Counted from the first letter of the stretch, positions 27,107-36,980 are shown. The stretch is 64,000 bases of DNA from an uncultured Spirochaetota bacterium (GCA_963827275.1 CAWHAA010000008.1:448001-512000), one strand, 5' to 3'. Made by a program: numbers and translations. Notes: a model not told the origin generated them from the sequence alone.

Positions 27107-28282
27107 ATGAACTACGATATGACACCGGAACAACTATCAATAAAGGAGAACTTCGCGAAGTTCTGCGCCAAGGAGATCGAGCCGCGGGCCCAGCTCCTTG
27201 ACAGGGCCTCCCATGAAGAGGTCGACAGGCTCATAAAAGAAAACATCAAGATGCTTGCCGACCTCGGCTACCTCGGCATGGGGCACGAGGAGGCGTACGG
27301 CGGCACTGACACGGACCTCTACTGCCAGGCGATAGCGGGGGAGCAGGTGGCCAAGGCGTGCGCCTCCACCTTCCTCTCCTGCGGCGCCTCGTGCGGGCTC
27401 TTCGGCGTGCCGCTGCGGCTCTTCGGCACCGACGCGCAGAAGCAGAAATACCTTCCCGGCATCATCAGTGGCGAGATCTTCGGCTGCTTCGGCCTGACGG
27501 AGCCGGAGGCGGGCAGCGACGCCGCCGCCATCAAGACGAATGCCGTCAAGAAGGGAGACAACTGGGTCATCAACGGGACCAAGACCTTTATCACCAACGC
27601 CACAATCGCGGACGTGGCCCTCGTCTTCGCCTACAACGACCGGGAGAAGGGCCCCGGCGCTGGGGTGACATGCTTTCTTGTCGACAAGGGAACGAAGGGG
27701 TTCTCCGTGAGCAAGCCCTTTGAGAAGATGGGCTTCCGGGGCTCTCCCACGGCGGAGCTGATCTTCGAAGACTGCGAGGTCCCGGAGAGCGCCGTGCTGG
27801 GAACAGTGGGCAGGGGCTTCATCCAGGCGATGCAGACCCTGGAATACGGGCGGATCGGCATGGCGACCGTGTGCCTCGGCATAGCGGCCAAGTGCCTCGA
27901 CGAGGCCAACAAGTATTCGAAGGAGCGCAAGTGCTTCGGCAAGCCCATCAACCGGTACCAGGAAATTTCCTTCAAGATCGCCGACATGATGATACTGTCC
28001 GACGTGGCGCGGCTTCTCATCTACCAGGCCTGCTGGGCAAAAATAACGAAGCAGCCTGATTCCGCCGTGCTCGCGTCGGTGGCCAAGGTGTGGGCGTCCG
28101 AAGCCGCGACGCAGATATCCAGTATGGCGGTGCAGGTCCATGGCGGATACGGCTACATAAAGGAGTTCCCGGTCGAGCGCCTCTACCGCGACGCGAAGCT
28201 GGGCGAAATCGGGGAGGGTACCTCGGAGATACAGCGGGTGCTGATCGCCAGGGACCTGCTGGGGAAGTATAAATCGAAATAG
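27107..28282 (+). CDS. Acyl-CoA dehydrogenase
   Basis: [35 protein letters not shown]. Confidence 0.93.
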   Translation: MNYDMTPEQLSIKENFAKFCAKEIEPRAQLLDRASHEEVDRLIKENIKMLADLGYLGMGHEEAYGGTDTDLYCQAIAGEQVAKACASTFLSCGASCGLFGVPLRLFGTDAQKQKYLPGIISGEIFGCFGLTEPEAGSDAAAIKTNAVKKGDNWVINGTKTFITNATIADVALVFAYNDREKGPGAGVTCFLVDKGTKGFSVSKPFEKMGFRGSPTAELIFEDCEVPESAVLGTVGRGFIQAMQTLEYGRIGMATVCLGIAAKCLDEANKYSKERKCFGKPINRYQEISFKIADMMILSDVARLLIYQACWAKITKQPDSAVLASVAKVWASEAATQISSMAVQVHGGYGYIKEFPVERLYRDAKLGEIGEGTSEIQRVLIARDLLGKYKSK

Positions 28283-28342
28283 AAATGATTCACTCCGGCA
28301 TACCGGGCCGGGGAGATTATCAAACATTACAAGGAGACCGAC

Positions 28343-28777
28343 ATGGAATATGAACTGGGCAAATCATTTGATGAAATCGAGATAGGCGAAACAGCGTCTT
28401 TTTCAAAGACCGTCACGGAAACGGATATCGCACTTTTTGCGGCGATAACAGGGGATTTCAATCCGATGCACATGAACGAGGAGTTCGCGAAGAAGACCCC
28501 CTTTAAGACAAGGATCGCGCACGGCGGGATTCCCCACAGCCTCATCGCCCCCGTATGGGGGACGAAGCTCCCGGGCCTCGGCACGATCGCGCTTGAGATC
28601 AAGACGCGGTTCAAGGCGCCCACGTATCCCGGTGACACCATAACGGCGACCACCGAGGTCATCGAGAAGCTCCCGGAGAAGAAATGGATCAGGATGAAGC
28701 TGACGTGGACAAACCAGAAAGGAGAAACCGTGGGACAGGGCGAGGGCCTGGTAATCCCGCCGCCGAAATTGAAGTAG
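28343..28777 (+). CDS. MaoC-like (R)-specific enoyl-CoA hydratase
   Basis: FAAITGDFNPMH, RIAHG, FKAPTYPGD. Confidence 0.9.
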   Translation: MEYELGKSFDEIEIGETASFSKTVTETDIALFAAITGDFNPMHMNEEFAKKTPFKTRIAHGGIPHSLIAPVWGTKLPGLGTIALEIKTRFKAPTYPGDTITATTEVIEKLPEKKWIRMKLTWTNQKGETVGQGEGLVIPPPKLK

Positions 28778-28868
28778 GCGAGGCCACCTGGCCTCGCGTT
28801 CCGAAGTCGCGTGACATCGCGGCCCCGGAACGCACACGAGAATTATTAAAAAACGAGGTGTTTCATAT

Positions 28869-30305
28869 ATGATAAAATTCAGCGATAAACAACTGGCGAT
28901 ACCGAAACTGATGAGGCCGGTCTACCTGGTGACGGCCGGGCAGTCAAAATTTGACAGGGCGTTTCCCGACAAGAGGACGGAAGAGCTCTGCGTCGACGCC
29001 CTGACGCAGGCCGCGGAGATGATCAACCTCACCCCGGCGGAGCTGAAAAGCTATATCCATACCTGCTACTACGGCCATTTCGCCGACCACTTCGGCGACC
29101 AGCTCCTCGGCGAAGCGCTCATCCACGACCGGCTGGGACTTGATCCCCTGGGCAACTGCGGCGTCAAGACCGGCGGGGCCACCGGCGGCACGACCCTGTG
29201 GGAGGGCGTCAAGGCGGTGGCGTCAGGCTATTCCAACTGCGTGCTCTGCATGGGCTGGGAGCGGATGGACGAGGTGCCCACGGATGAAGGCAACTTCTAC
29301 ATCTCCTGCGCCGCGGACAAGGACTGGGAAGGCCCCATGGGCCATATCTATACCGGGTACTACGCCGTCATGGCGCAGAAGTACTGGCAGGTCTTCGGCA
29401 AGCAGGAGGATTCCTTCAGGAAAACAATGGCGGAGATTTCCGTGAAGCACCACGGCTACGCGCGCATGAACCCCTACGCGCACGGGGCCATGAAGATCAC
29501 TGTGGACGATGTGCTCAAATCGCCGGTGGTCGCTCATCCCCTGCGCGCTCTCGACTGCTGTCTCATGAGCGTCGGCGCGGCCTGCGGCATCCTCTGTGAC
29601 GAGGAGACCGCGATGAAAATGACCAGGAACACGAAGAACAAGCCGCTCCGGATATGGGTCACCGCCGGTTCGCACACGCTGCGCGCGGCAGACCGGCGCG
29701 ACATGGCGATCCCGCTCCTGCCGAACGAGACCATGGATCAGTACAAAGACCTTGGCAAGAAGTTCCCCGGCGGCGAGCGCTACCCGGGCTTTACCGGCTT
29801 CCTCGCGGCCCGCATGGCCGCCTACTACGCGTACAACCAGGTCGGTGTCAAGGACCCGACGGAAGACCTCGACGTCATCGAGCTCCATGACGCCTTCACC
29901 ATCAGCGACATCCAGACTTACGAGGACATAGGGGTTCGTCCCTACGGCTATGGCCGCGACTACGTGGAATCGGGCGACTGCTATCACACGAACCCGAAGA
30001 CCGGCAAGCCGGGCAAACTTCCCTCGAACCTCTCGGGCGGGCTTATCGGCTGCATGCACTCGGTCGGCGCGACCGGCATCATGCAGGTGTTCGAGATTGC
30101 ATGCCAGCTCTGGGACCGCTGGGCGGAGGTACACGGCGACGAGAAGAGATGGAAGGCGTTCGGACGCCAGAAGCCTTCTGACTGGACCGACCTCCAGGTC
30201 AAGGGCGCGAAACGGGCCCTGGCCATCAGCCACGCGGGCGTCGGTTCGCATGTGACGTGCACTATCCTGATGAATCCGGACAATCTAATAAAAAATGATG
30301 CATAG
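28869..30305 (+). CDS. Thiolase-fold (SCP-x type) protein, no nucleophile Cys
   Basis: GVKTGGATGG, GWERM, IELHDAFT, NLSGGLIGCMHSVGATG. Confidence 0.82.
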   Translation: MIKFSDKQLAIPKLMRPVYLVTAGQSKFDRAFPDKRTEELCVDALTQAAEMINLTPAELKSYIHTCYYGHFADHFGDQLLGEALIHDRLGLDPLGNCGVKTGGATGGTTLWEGVKAVASGYSNCVLCMGWERMDEVPTDEGNFYISCAADKDWEGPMGHIYTGYYAVMAQKYWQVFGKQEDSFRKTMAEISVKHHGYARMNPYAHGAMKITVDDVLKSPVVAHPLRALDCCLMSVGAACGILCDEETAMKMTRNTKNKPLRIWVTAGSHTLRAADRRDMAIPLLPNETMDQYKDLGKKFPGGERYPGFTGFLAARMAAYYAYNQVGVKDPTEDLDVIELHDAFTISDIQTYEDIGVRPYGYGRDYVESGDCYHTNPKTGKPGKLPSNLSGGLIGCMHSVGATGIMQVFEIACQLWDRWAEVHGDEKRWKAFGRQKPSDWTDLQVKGAKRALAISHAGVGSHVTCTILMNPDNLIKNDA

Positions 30306-30316
30306 GAGAATAAACC

Positions 30317-30907
30317 ATGAGCATGAGCGGACAAGTATACGTTGAAGACAACAAGTATAAAATAAAAGGCGACTTTCACCACCTTGAGCTCGGCCAGCCG
30401 ATCCGCAACGCGGACGATGGATGGCGCCTGCTCGGGATAACCAATCCCCGGACGCTGATACACATGCATTCGTACGGCGGAGAGGCTGTGTTTTTCGAGT
30501 CGCTTTCGCAGGGCAAGCTCATGGCGGCCCGCTGCGACAACGGCAAATGCGAAAACAAGGGCTCGATCTATCAGCCGTTCAGGACCATCTGTCCGGACTG
30601 CCTGGTGAAGATGACTCCGTTTGACATGACCGATCTGGCCAAGAAAACCGCGAAGGTCCATACCTTCATGGTGTGCGAGCGGTCGGGGGCCTTCAACCTG
30701 CTGGAAAAACCGATCAAATTCATCAATATCGAATTCGACGGCGTGTGCACGATTTTATTCAGCTACCTGGCGTTCGGCGAACCCGGGATGGGCATGCGCG
30801 TGGTCCCGATCTTCCAGAAAAAGGACCCGACGTATACTATTCTTGACCTTGCATGGGTTCCCGATGGGACAAAGGCGGACCAGCTGCCGAAAGGATTCTC
30901 GTTCTAA
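30317..30907 (+). CDS. DUF35 Zn-ribbon/OB-fold protein, extended N-terminus
   Basis: FFESLSQGKLMAARCDNGKC...CPDC, IEFDG, GMRVVPIF. Confidence 0.8.
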   Translation: MSMSGQVYVEDNKYKIKGDFHHLELGQPIRNADDGWRLLGITNPRTLIHMHSYGGEAVFFESLSQGKLMAARCDNGKCENKGSIYQPFRTICPDCLVKMTPFDMTDLAKKTAKVHTFMVCERSGAFNLLEKPIKFINIEFDGVCTILFSYLAFGEPGMGMRVVPIFQKKDPTYTILDLAWVPDGTKADQLPKGFSF

Positions 30908-30964
30908 CATGGCGGGCGGACCGGCAGTCGTGCAGGAAAATGCGGTAACAGGGGGAGGATGCGA

Positions 30965-32122
30965 ATGGATTTCTGGCTGAATGAAGAACAGAAGATGCTC
31001 CGGTACAATGTACGGGAGTTCGCCGAAAAGGAGATCAAACCTAAAGCGCAGGAGCTTGACGAAAAAGAGGAGTTTTCCTGCGACATCACCAGGAAGATGG
31101 CGGAGCTGGGCCTCTTCGGCATCTACGTGCCGGAGGAGTGGGGCGGCGCCGGCATGGATTACCTTTCCTACTGCATCGCGGTCGAGGAGATCTGCCGTAT
31201 CGACGGGTCGCACGGCGCCACGGTCGCGGCGGGCAACTCGCTCGGGATCGGGCCCATCTATTATTACGGGAGCGAGAAGCAGAAGCGGGAGTGGCTCCCG
31301 CGGCTCTGCAGGGGCGAGATCCTGGCCTCCTTCGGGCTTACCGAGCCTGAGGCCGGTTCCGACGCGGGCGCGAGCAAGACCGGCGCGAAGCTGGAAAACG
31401 GCGAGTGGGTCATCAACGGCAGCAAGATCTTCATCACCAACTCAACGAGCAAAATGGCGGGGGTGTGCACGGTCCAGGCCGTCACCGGGACCAAGCCGGA
31501 CGGCAAGAAGGAAGTTTCCTGCATCCTGGTCCCGAACGGGACGAAAGGGTATACCCAGAAAAAGATGACGAAGAAGATGATGTGGCGCGCATCGGACACC
31601 GGCGAGCTCTACTTCGACGACTGCCGCGTGCCGGAGGAGAACCTTCTCGGGAAGCGGGGCGAGGGCTTCCACCAGATGCTGCAGACCCTGGATAACGGGA
31701 GGCTGGCCATTGCCGCCATGGGCCTGGGAGGGGCGCAGGGCGCCTACGAGCTTGCCATGAAATACGCGCGGGAGCGGAAACAGTTCGGCAAGCCGATTGC
31801 CACCTTCCAGGTGAACGCCTTCAAGCTGGCCGACATGGCCACCGAGATAGAGGCGGCGCGCAACCTGTTATACAAGGCCTGCCTGCTCAAAGACCAGAAA
31901 AAACCGTTCGGCAAGGAAGCGGCCATGGCCAAGCTCTACTGCTCGGAGGTGATGGGGCGCGTCGTTGACGAGGCGGTCCAGATCCACGGCGGGTACGGCC
32001 TCATGAAGGAGTACAACGTGGAGCGCTTCTACCGCGACTACAAGCTCCTCACCATCGGCGAGGGCACGTCGGAGGTCCAGCGCATCGTCATATCGCGGAA
32101 GATCGGGTGTTATGATGATTGA
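30965..32122 (+). CDS. Acyl-CoA dehydrogenase (short/branched-chain type)
   Basis: [37 protein letters not shown]. Confidence 0.93.
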   Translation: MDFWLNEEQKMLRYNVREFAEKEIKPKAQELDEKEEFSCDITRKMAELGLFGIYVPEEWGGAGMDYLSYCIAVEEICRIDGSHGATVAAGNSLGIGPIYYYGSEKQKREWLPRLCRGEILASFGLTEPEAGSDAGASKTGAKLENGEWVINGSKIFITNSTSKMAGVCTVQAVTGTKPDGKKEVSCILVPNGTKGYTQKKMTKKMMWRASDTGELYFDDCRVPEENLLGKRGEGFHQMLQTLDNGRLAIAAMGLGGAQGAYELAMKYARERKQFGKPIATFQVNAFKLADMATEIEAARNLLYKACLLKDQKKPFGKEAAMAKLYCSEVMGRVVDEAVQIHGGYGLMKEYNVERFYRDYKLLTIGEGTSEVQRIVISRKIGCYDD

Positions 32123-32137
32123 CGGAGAGGCGGAGGG

Positions 32138-32166
32138 ACCGTGCGGCCCGTTGCGGGCCGCACGGT
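32138..32166. terminator. 13-bp hairpin between convergent genes, no U-tract
   Basis: ACCGTGCGGCCCG-TTG-CGGGCCGCACGGT. Confidence 0.5.
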
Positions 32167-32173
32167 GACGCCG

Positions 32174-32452
32174 CTACAGGCATAAAATTTCGTCCTCGGT
32201 TAAATCCTCGACCCGCACCGGGTCTATACCCTTGATCATGGCGGCCAGCTGCTTGTTCGACATCTGTGGAAGGGTGTGCACTATGCGCCACTTGTTGTCC
32301 TGTGTCCAGAGGAAAAAACGCCAGGCGTAGCAGTCCTTGCAATGCACCCGCTTTTTGTCAAGGTAGGCATTTCCCGTAAGACCCTCAAGCGCCGTGTGCT
32401 GGGGGCACTTGATGTCGATGCAGAATGTTCCCGACGTGTATTCTTTGCTCAT
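32174..32452 (-). CDS. Small Cys-rich hypothetical protein, 92 aa
   Basis: MSKEYTSGTFCIDIKC...HCKDC; GGGGGA RBS; 3-prime part of ORF 32174-32833. Confidence 0.65.
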   Translation of the reverse strand: MSKEYTSGTFCIDIKCPQHTALEGLTGNAYLDKKRVHCKDCYAWRFFLWTQDNKWRIVHTLPQMSNKQLAAMIKGIDPVRVEDLTEDEILCL

Positions 32453-32580
32453 ATTGAGTCCCCCTTTTCGCCGCGTCCCTTTACAGCCGGCCGCGACAGG
32501 TACGTTGCATATTACTTGCACCCTTGTAAAAGAGCAAGGAAAATCGACCGGCGGCGCATAAAATTTTTTACCGGTCCCGG

Positions 32581-33381
32581 TCAGTGTCCAATAAAATGGT
32601 CCATCGCCCTGGTGACGCCGGTCACCCGTGCAAGCCAGTCGCCGAAGGGGGCCGGAAAAAATTTCAGCAGCGGCGTGATCTTCACCATCGCGGGCAGCTT
32701 GACGTAGGCCCGGTTCTTTTTCACGCCTTCGACTATCTTCCCGGCGACCTCGACCGGATCCAGGATCGGGTTGAACATCGGCGCCGTGAAGCCGGCAAAC
32801 ATGCCGGTATCGATGACCGAGGGGCATACGCACGTCACGTGGATGTCCCGGTGGCCGTCCTTGTGCATCTCCATCCTGAGGGAGTCGGTAAATCCCACGA
32901 TGCCGAACTTCGTGGCGCAGTAGTCGGCCATCCGCGGCACCGCGAGAAGGCCCGCGGCCGATGCGATATTGACGATATGGCCGGAGCCGCGCCTGATCAT
33001 GCCGGGCATGAACTGCTTGGTCATCCAGATAACGCCCATCAGGTTCACGTCAATGGTCTTCCGGATGTCGTCATAGGTGCTGTCGGCGATGGATTTCCCG
33101 GTAACGATGCCGGCGTTGTTGACCAGGATATCGACCTCGAAAAATTTTTGTACGAGCGCGGCGGTCTTCACCACCGCCTTCGGGTCGGAAACGTCGCAGA
33201 CCCATGTTTTAACGCGGACCCCCTGTGACGAGAGCTGTGCGGCGAGGCCGGCGAGCTTTTTCGCGTTGAGGTCAAGCAGCGCGAGGCTGGCTTTTTCGCG
33301 TGCGAAGAGGAGCGCCATCTCTTTCCCGATGCCGGCAGCGGCGCCGGTGATCACGACATTTTTACCTGCGAGTGTTTTCAT
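32581..33381 (-). CDS. Short-chain dehydrogenase/reductase (17-beta-HSD11/retinol dehydrogenase-like)
   Basis: TGAAAGIG, NNAG, ASAAG, YCATK, IDTGMF. Confidence 0.9.
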   Translation of the reverse strand: MKTLAGKNVVITGAAAGIGKEMALLFAREKASLALLDLNAKKLAGLAAQLSSQGVRVKTWVCDVSDPKAVVKTAALVQKFFEVDILVNNAGIVTGKSIADSTYDDIRKTIDVNLMGVIWMTKQFMPGMIRRGSGHIVNIASAAGLLAVPRMADYCATKFGIVGFTDSLRMEMHKDGHRDIHVTCVCPSVIDTGMFAGFTAPMFNPILDPVEVAGKIVEGVKKNRAYVKLPAMVKITPLLKFFPAPFGDWLARVTGVTRAMDHFIGH

Positions 33382-33454
33382 GGTTGTTCCACCGTTGTTG
33401 TATTTTTAATGCTGTCCGGGGTGCTGCCGCATCCCTGTCTGCCAGTTCCCGCGG

Positions 33455-33667
33455 TCATTCCAATCCCTTCCAGATGTTCTTCTCCGGGTCATCATTGCAG
33501 GCGCGGCAAAACACATGCGGGTCGCCGCTGCCGCACCCGGTGCACCATATATCGAATACGCGGCATTCCTTGCAGAGGGGCCGGTCGCAGCCGTCGCAAT
33601 ACACCACTGCCCCGTTCCTGCCGCAGATTGCGCAGGGCTCTCCCGTCGCGAGCCGGATCCTATTCAT
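33455..33667 (-). CDS. Small protein with five CxxC motifs (B-box/zinc-finger-like), 70 aa
   Basis: CAIC, CDGC, CKEC, CTGC, CRAC. Confidence 0.7.
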   Translation of the reverse strand: MNRIRLATGEPCAICGRNGAVVYCDGCDRPLCKECRVFDIWCTGCGSGDPHVFCRACNDDPEKNIWKGLE

Positions 33668-33717
33668 GGCTGACCCCGGCCCCGCGCCGCCGGAGGGGCG
33701 CGGCATCGGGTGTCCCG

Positions 33718-36000
33718 CTATTTTTCATCAACCCCCGTCCAGGGTGCTGCCTCGCCGTAGACGATGAACGGCATCGGGTTCAGGGATCCGCCGATGGGAG
33801 CTATTACGCTCATGCCGATATACAGCCTGCTGTTCACCCTGCGGACCTCGTCTTTTATAAAACATACCGGTCCCCTGTTGAACGGGGTGTAGTCCACGTG
33901 AAACGTCTCTCCGTCATCAACGCGCGATTTCCCGATATATGTTTTCATCTTGAGCGTGCGATAGACCGTTTCTTTGCCGTCCCCGGTCTTCCTGAAGAGA
34001 TTATATCCCCACCCTTTTTCGGGTGAAAAAGCCTTGCCGGACCAGAGGCCGGGTCCGAAAAAGTTGTTGATGTAGAAATCGCCGGCGAAGCCCATGATGC
34101 CGCACCCCGCCGTCTTCGTGTTGTACTCGCCGTTCAGCTCACGGTAGGACGGGGCCGCGGCCGCATGATACAGCTGCACCACCTGGGCGCGGGTCAGCTT
34201 CGTGATGTTTTCAACTGTCGCCGTTTCCGCCGGTACGCCCAGTATCTGTTCCATGGTCTGGCCCCTGTAGCCGCCGCACCCCTTCTGGGCGATGTTGATG
34301 CCGATTAGCATCGCGTCCAGGAGGACCAGTATCCCGATCCCGATGAGGATTTTCTTGATTATCTTCACTGCCGCGCTCCTTCTTTTAATTGGTATATTGT
34401 TGTTCAGAAAATTTGCCGGCGCATTTATTTTCGCGGGGATGAGGCCCATGGCGCGTTCCGCCAGTGCGGTGATGGTAAGTGCCGGGTTCACTCCCACATT
34501 GGCCGAAATCGCTGCGCCGTCCACGACATACAGGCCCGGGTAGCCGAAGACCTCGTTGTTTGTCGCGATGACGCCGTTTTCCGCAGAGGAACCCATGTGG
34601 CAGCCCCCCAGAATATGCGCGGTGGTGGACTGGTTCATCAGGCTTTCCATGATGACGTTTATCGGGTCCCCGCCCATCACACCGGCCAGGACACGGGCCG
34701 CTTCATTGGCGACGGGCAGGTTCGTGGGCGCTTCTTTGCCCCTGTAGCATTTTGATTTCAATCGCCGGCCCAGGAAGAACGAGACCGGGCTCCTGCCGTG
34801 GGTGAATGATATGCGGTTGTCCAGGTTCTGCATGACGGTAAGGACGGCGACCCGCTTGTTCCAGTTCCCCGCGCACCAGTTTCTGAGGAGGGTCATGGGA
34901 TGTGCAATGATGGCGCCCAGGGTCCTGAGGCTGCGCCGGAACGGATGGCTGTCGTTGACCAGCGGCCCGGCGTACCATTTCATGAAGTTGTATCCGCGGG
35001 GGAAACGGTTCTGCGTTATGTGCGTATGCCCGTCAGGGTAAAAATCGGACGAAATGGTGGTGCCCCGGGAGAGGTCCAGGTCCCTGTCGGGCGACAATGC
35101 CGCCACGATGGCCTCGCTGTTGGTGCGCACCACGGTGCCGAGCCCCCGTGAAATGCCGGGCAGGGTCCCGGCAACGTCCCTGCAGCGGAATAACAGCTCC
35201 AGTGTCCCGAGCACGCCCGCCGCGAGCACGACCTTGCTTGCCCTGATGGCCGGGCACCGCGCGAGCAGGCGGGTGGGGTCCGTCACCGCGAGATCGTACA
35301 TCCCGTCTTCCCGCGGAATGATGCCGGTCACCCTGCGGTTCGGCAGGATCGTCACGCCGAGCTTTTCGGCAAGGTAGAGATAGTTTTTGTCGAGGGTGTT
35401 CTTTGATCCGTGGGCGCACCCCGTAAGGCACTCGCCGCAGAGACGGCACCCTTCCCGGGACGGGCCGCTGCCGCCGAAAAACGGGTCGTCCCGCCTCTCT
35501 TCCGGCGTGCCGAAGTATATTCCGTTTTGAACGGGCCCGCAGGTCCCGACCGCGCCCATTTCCTTCGCGGTCTGCTTCAGGTATTCATCCATTTTGTCGG
35601 AGCAGGGATTGGTCGTGACGCCGAGCATCTTCGACGCCATGTCATAGTGGGGCGCGAGCTCCTTCTTCCAGTTGACGCCGAGGCCGCACCATGACGCGTC
35701 ATTGTAAAAATCATCTTTCGGTTTCAGCAGGACGGCCGCATACACGATGCTGCCGCCGCCGACGCCGATGCCGCCGACGATGTTGATGTGCTTGAAAAAC
35801 CTCTGGGTAAAAAAGCCTTTAAGCCCGATCCGGGGCATCCACATGAGCTTGAAGACGCTCTTTGACGCTTCTTCGATGTCGATGGGGGTCACGCGGTTGC
35901 CCTGCTCCAGTACAACGACCCGGTACCCTTTTTCCGCCAGCCTGAGGGCCGAGACGCTCCCGCCGAAGCCGCTGCCGATGACCGCGAAATCATAGACCAT
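33718..36000 (-). CDS. ChoD-like GMC flavoprotein (cholesterol oxidase family) with C-terminal TM and extra domain
   Basis: VIGSGFGGSV, GVGGGSIVYA, CRLCGECLTGC, KNTLDKNYL, RTNSEAI, TAHILGG, GVNPALTITALAERAM. Confidence 0.85.
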   Translation of the reverse strand: MVYDFAVIGSGFGGSVSALRLAEKGYRVVVLEQGNRVTPIDIEEASKSVFKLMWMPRIGLKGFFTQRFFKHINIVGGIGVGGGSIVYAAVLLKPKDDFYNDASWCGLGVNWKKELAPHYDMASKMLGVTTNPCSDKMDEYLKQTAKEMGAVGTCGPVQNGIYFGTPEERRDDPFFGGSGPSREGCRLCGECLTGCAHGSKNTLDKNYLYLAEKLGVTILPNRRVTGIIPREDGMYDLAVTDPTRLLARCPAIRASKVVLAAGVLGTLELLFRCRDVAGTLPGISRGLGTVVRTNSEAIVAALSPDRDLDLSRGTTISSDFYPDGHTHITQNRFPRGYNFMKWYAGPLVNDSHPFRRSLRTLGAIIAHPMTLLRNWCAGNWNKRVAVLTVMQNLDNRISFTHGRSPVSFFLGRRLKSKCYRGKEAPTNLPVANEAARVLAGVMGGDPINVIMESLMNQSTTAHILGGCHMGSSAENGVIATNNEVFGYPGLYVVDGAAISANVGVNPALTITALAERAMGLIPAKINAPANFLNNNIPIKRRSAAVKIIKKILIGIGILVLLDAMLIGINIAQKGCGGYRGQTMEQILGVPAETATVENITKLTRAQVVQLYHAAAAPSYRELNGEYNTKTAGCGIMGFAGDFYINNFFGPGLWSGKAFSPEKGWGYNLFRKTGDGKETVYRTLKMKTYIGKSRVDDGETFHVDYTPFNRGPVCFIKDEVRRVNSRLYIGMSVIAPIGGSLNPMPFIVYGEAAPWTGVDEK

Positions 36001-36061
36001 GGTACGCTCCTGTAGAAGAAAACATTCGAAATGCAGGGAAGTGGCGTGGCTGCCGGCGCCG

Positions 36062-36709
36062 TCACCCCGTGTAGATCACCGCCATGAAAACGGCTTTTTC
36101 AGTCGAAGAGACATTTACGATGTTGTGCGGCACCGTGGCGAGATAGTAGATGCTGTCCCCCTCGCTGAGCATCTCTTCCTTGCTCCCCAGGATCACCTTG
36201 ATGGAGCCTTCCATGATCACCACGAATTCTTCTCCCTCATGGGTGGAGAGCTCGTCGCTGTTGCTTCCGGGGGCAAGGGTCACCAGGAAGGTCTCCATGT
36301 GCTTGTTCCTGATGCCGCTGGCCAGGGACTGGTAGTGGTAGTTGGGCCGCTCCGAGGTGCCGGTCGTGAAGCGCTTGATGTCCTTGCGCTCTTTTTTCCG
36401 GACCACGGAATAGCTGTACCCGGAATCCTGGCCTAGGAGGAAGCTCGTCCCGATCCGCAGCGCCTTGGAGAGCTTCACGATCATGCCAAGGTCGGGAAGG
36501 ATTTTATGTTCCTCTATGTCCCGGAGCTTGTTTCTGTCGATGCCGGAAATTTTTGAAAATTGATCAAGGGTCATCTTCTGCATTTCGCGGATCTCTTTCA
36601 GCCGCTTCCCGATGGGAGTGACGTCCTCCTTCTGCTCCTGGCCGAGGTAATAGCCCTGGACCTCGTCGAAATATTCATTGTATTCCTTGCTTTCCTGCAT
36701 TACTTTCAT
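36062..36709 (-). CDS. XRE HTH plus cupin transcriptional regulator
   Basis: IGKRLKEIRE...PDLGMIVKLSKAL; HEGEEF...LSEGDSIYY...PH. Confidence 0.9.
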   Translation of the reverse strand: MKVMQESKEYNEYFDEVQGYYLGQEQKEDVTPIGKRLKEIREMQKMTLDQFSKISGIDRNKLRDIEEHKILPDLGMIVKLSKALRIGTSFLLGQDSGYSYSVVRKKERKDIKRFTTGTSERPNYHYQSLASGIRNKHMETFLVTLAPGSNSDELSTHEGEEFVVIMEGSIKVILGSKEEMLSEGDSIYYLATVPHNIVNVSSTEKAVFMAVIYTG

Positions 36710-36966
36710 GCGCCGTACCTCGTTCGCTATGTTGCTTCCATCACGTTAAAAAAGAGTACTGCCGGACATCCGTATCAGGCCCTGAGTGCCAGGACCGGAA
36801 GGAGTGCCGATCGCTGTCCATCGCGGTGACGATACTATAGCACGCGGCGATAAATGCAATTTGTCAAGACTAATGTACGGATTGATTTTTGTCCAAATAC
36901 AAAAAATAGCGTTTTGATGGGCCGTGCATGTTTTGTAACGGAATTTTTTATGACTTTTGATTTAAT

Positions 36967-36980
36967 TTGACGCAAGTCAA
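36967..36980 (+). promoter_or_regulatory. Crp/Fnr-family binding site
   Basis: Perfect TTGAC-GCAA-GTCAA, with -10-like TAGTAT at 37000, upstream of hemerythrin. Confidence 0.65.

Noticed and set aside
11081..36000. Complete steroid degradation pathway
   Set aside because: No KstD, ring-cleavage or hydroxylase genes in the window, so the substrate is unproven
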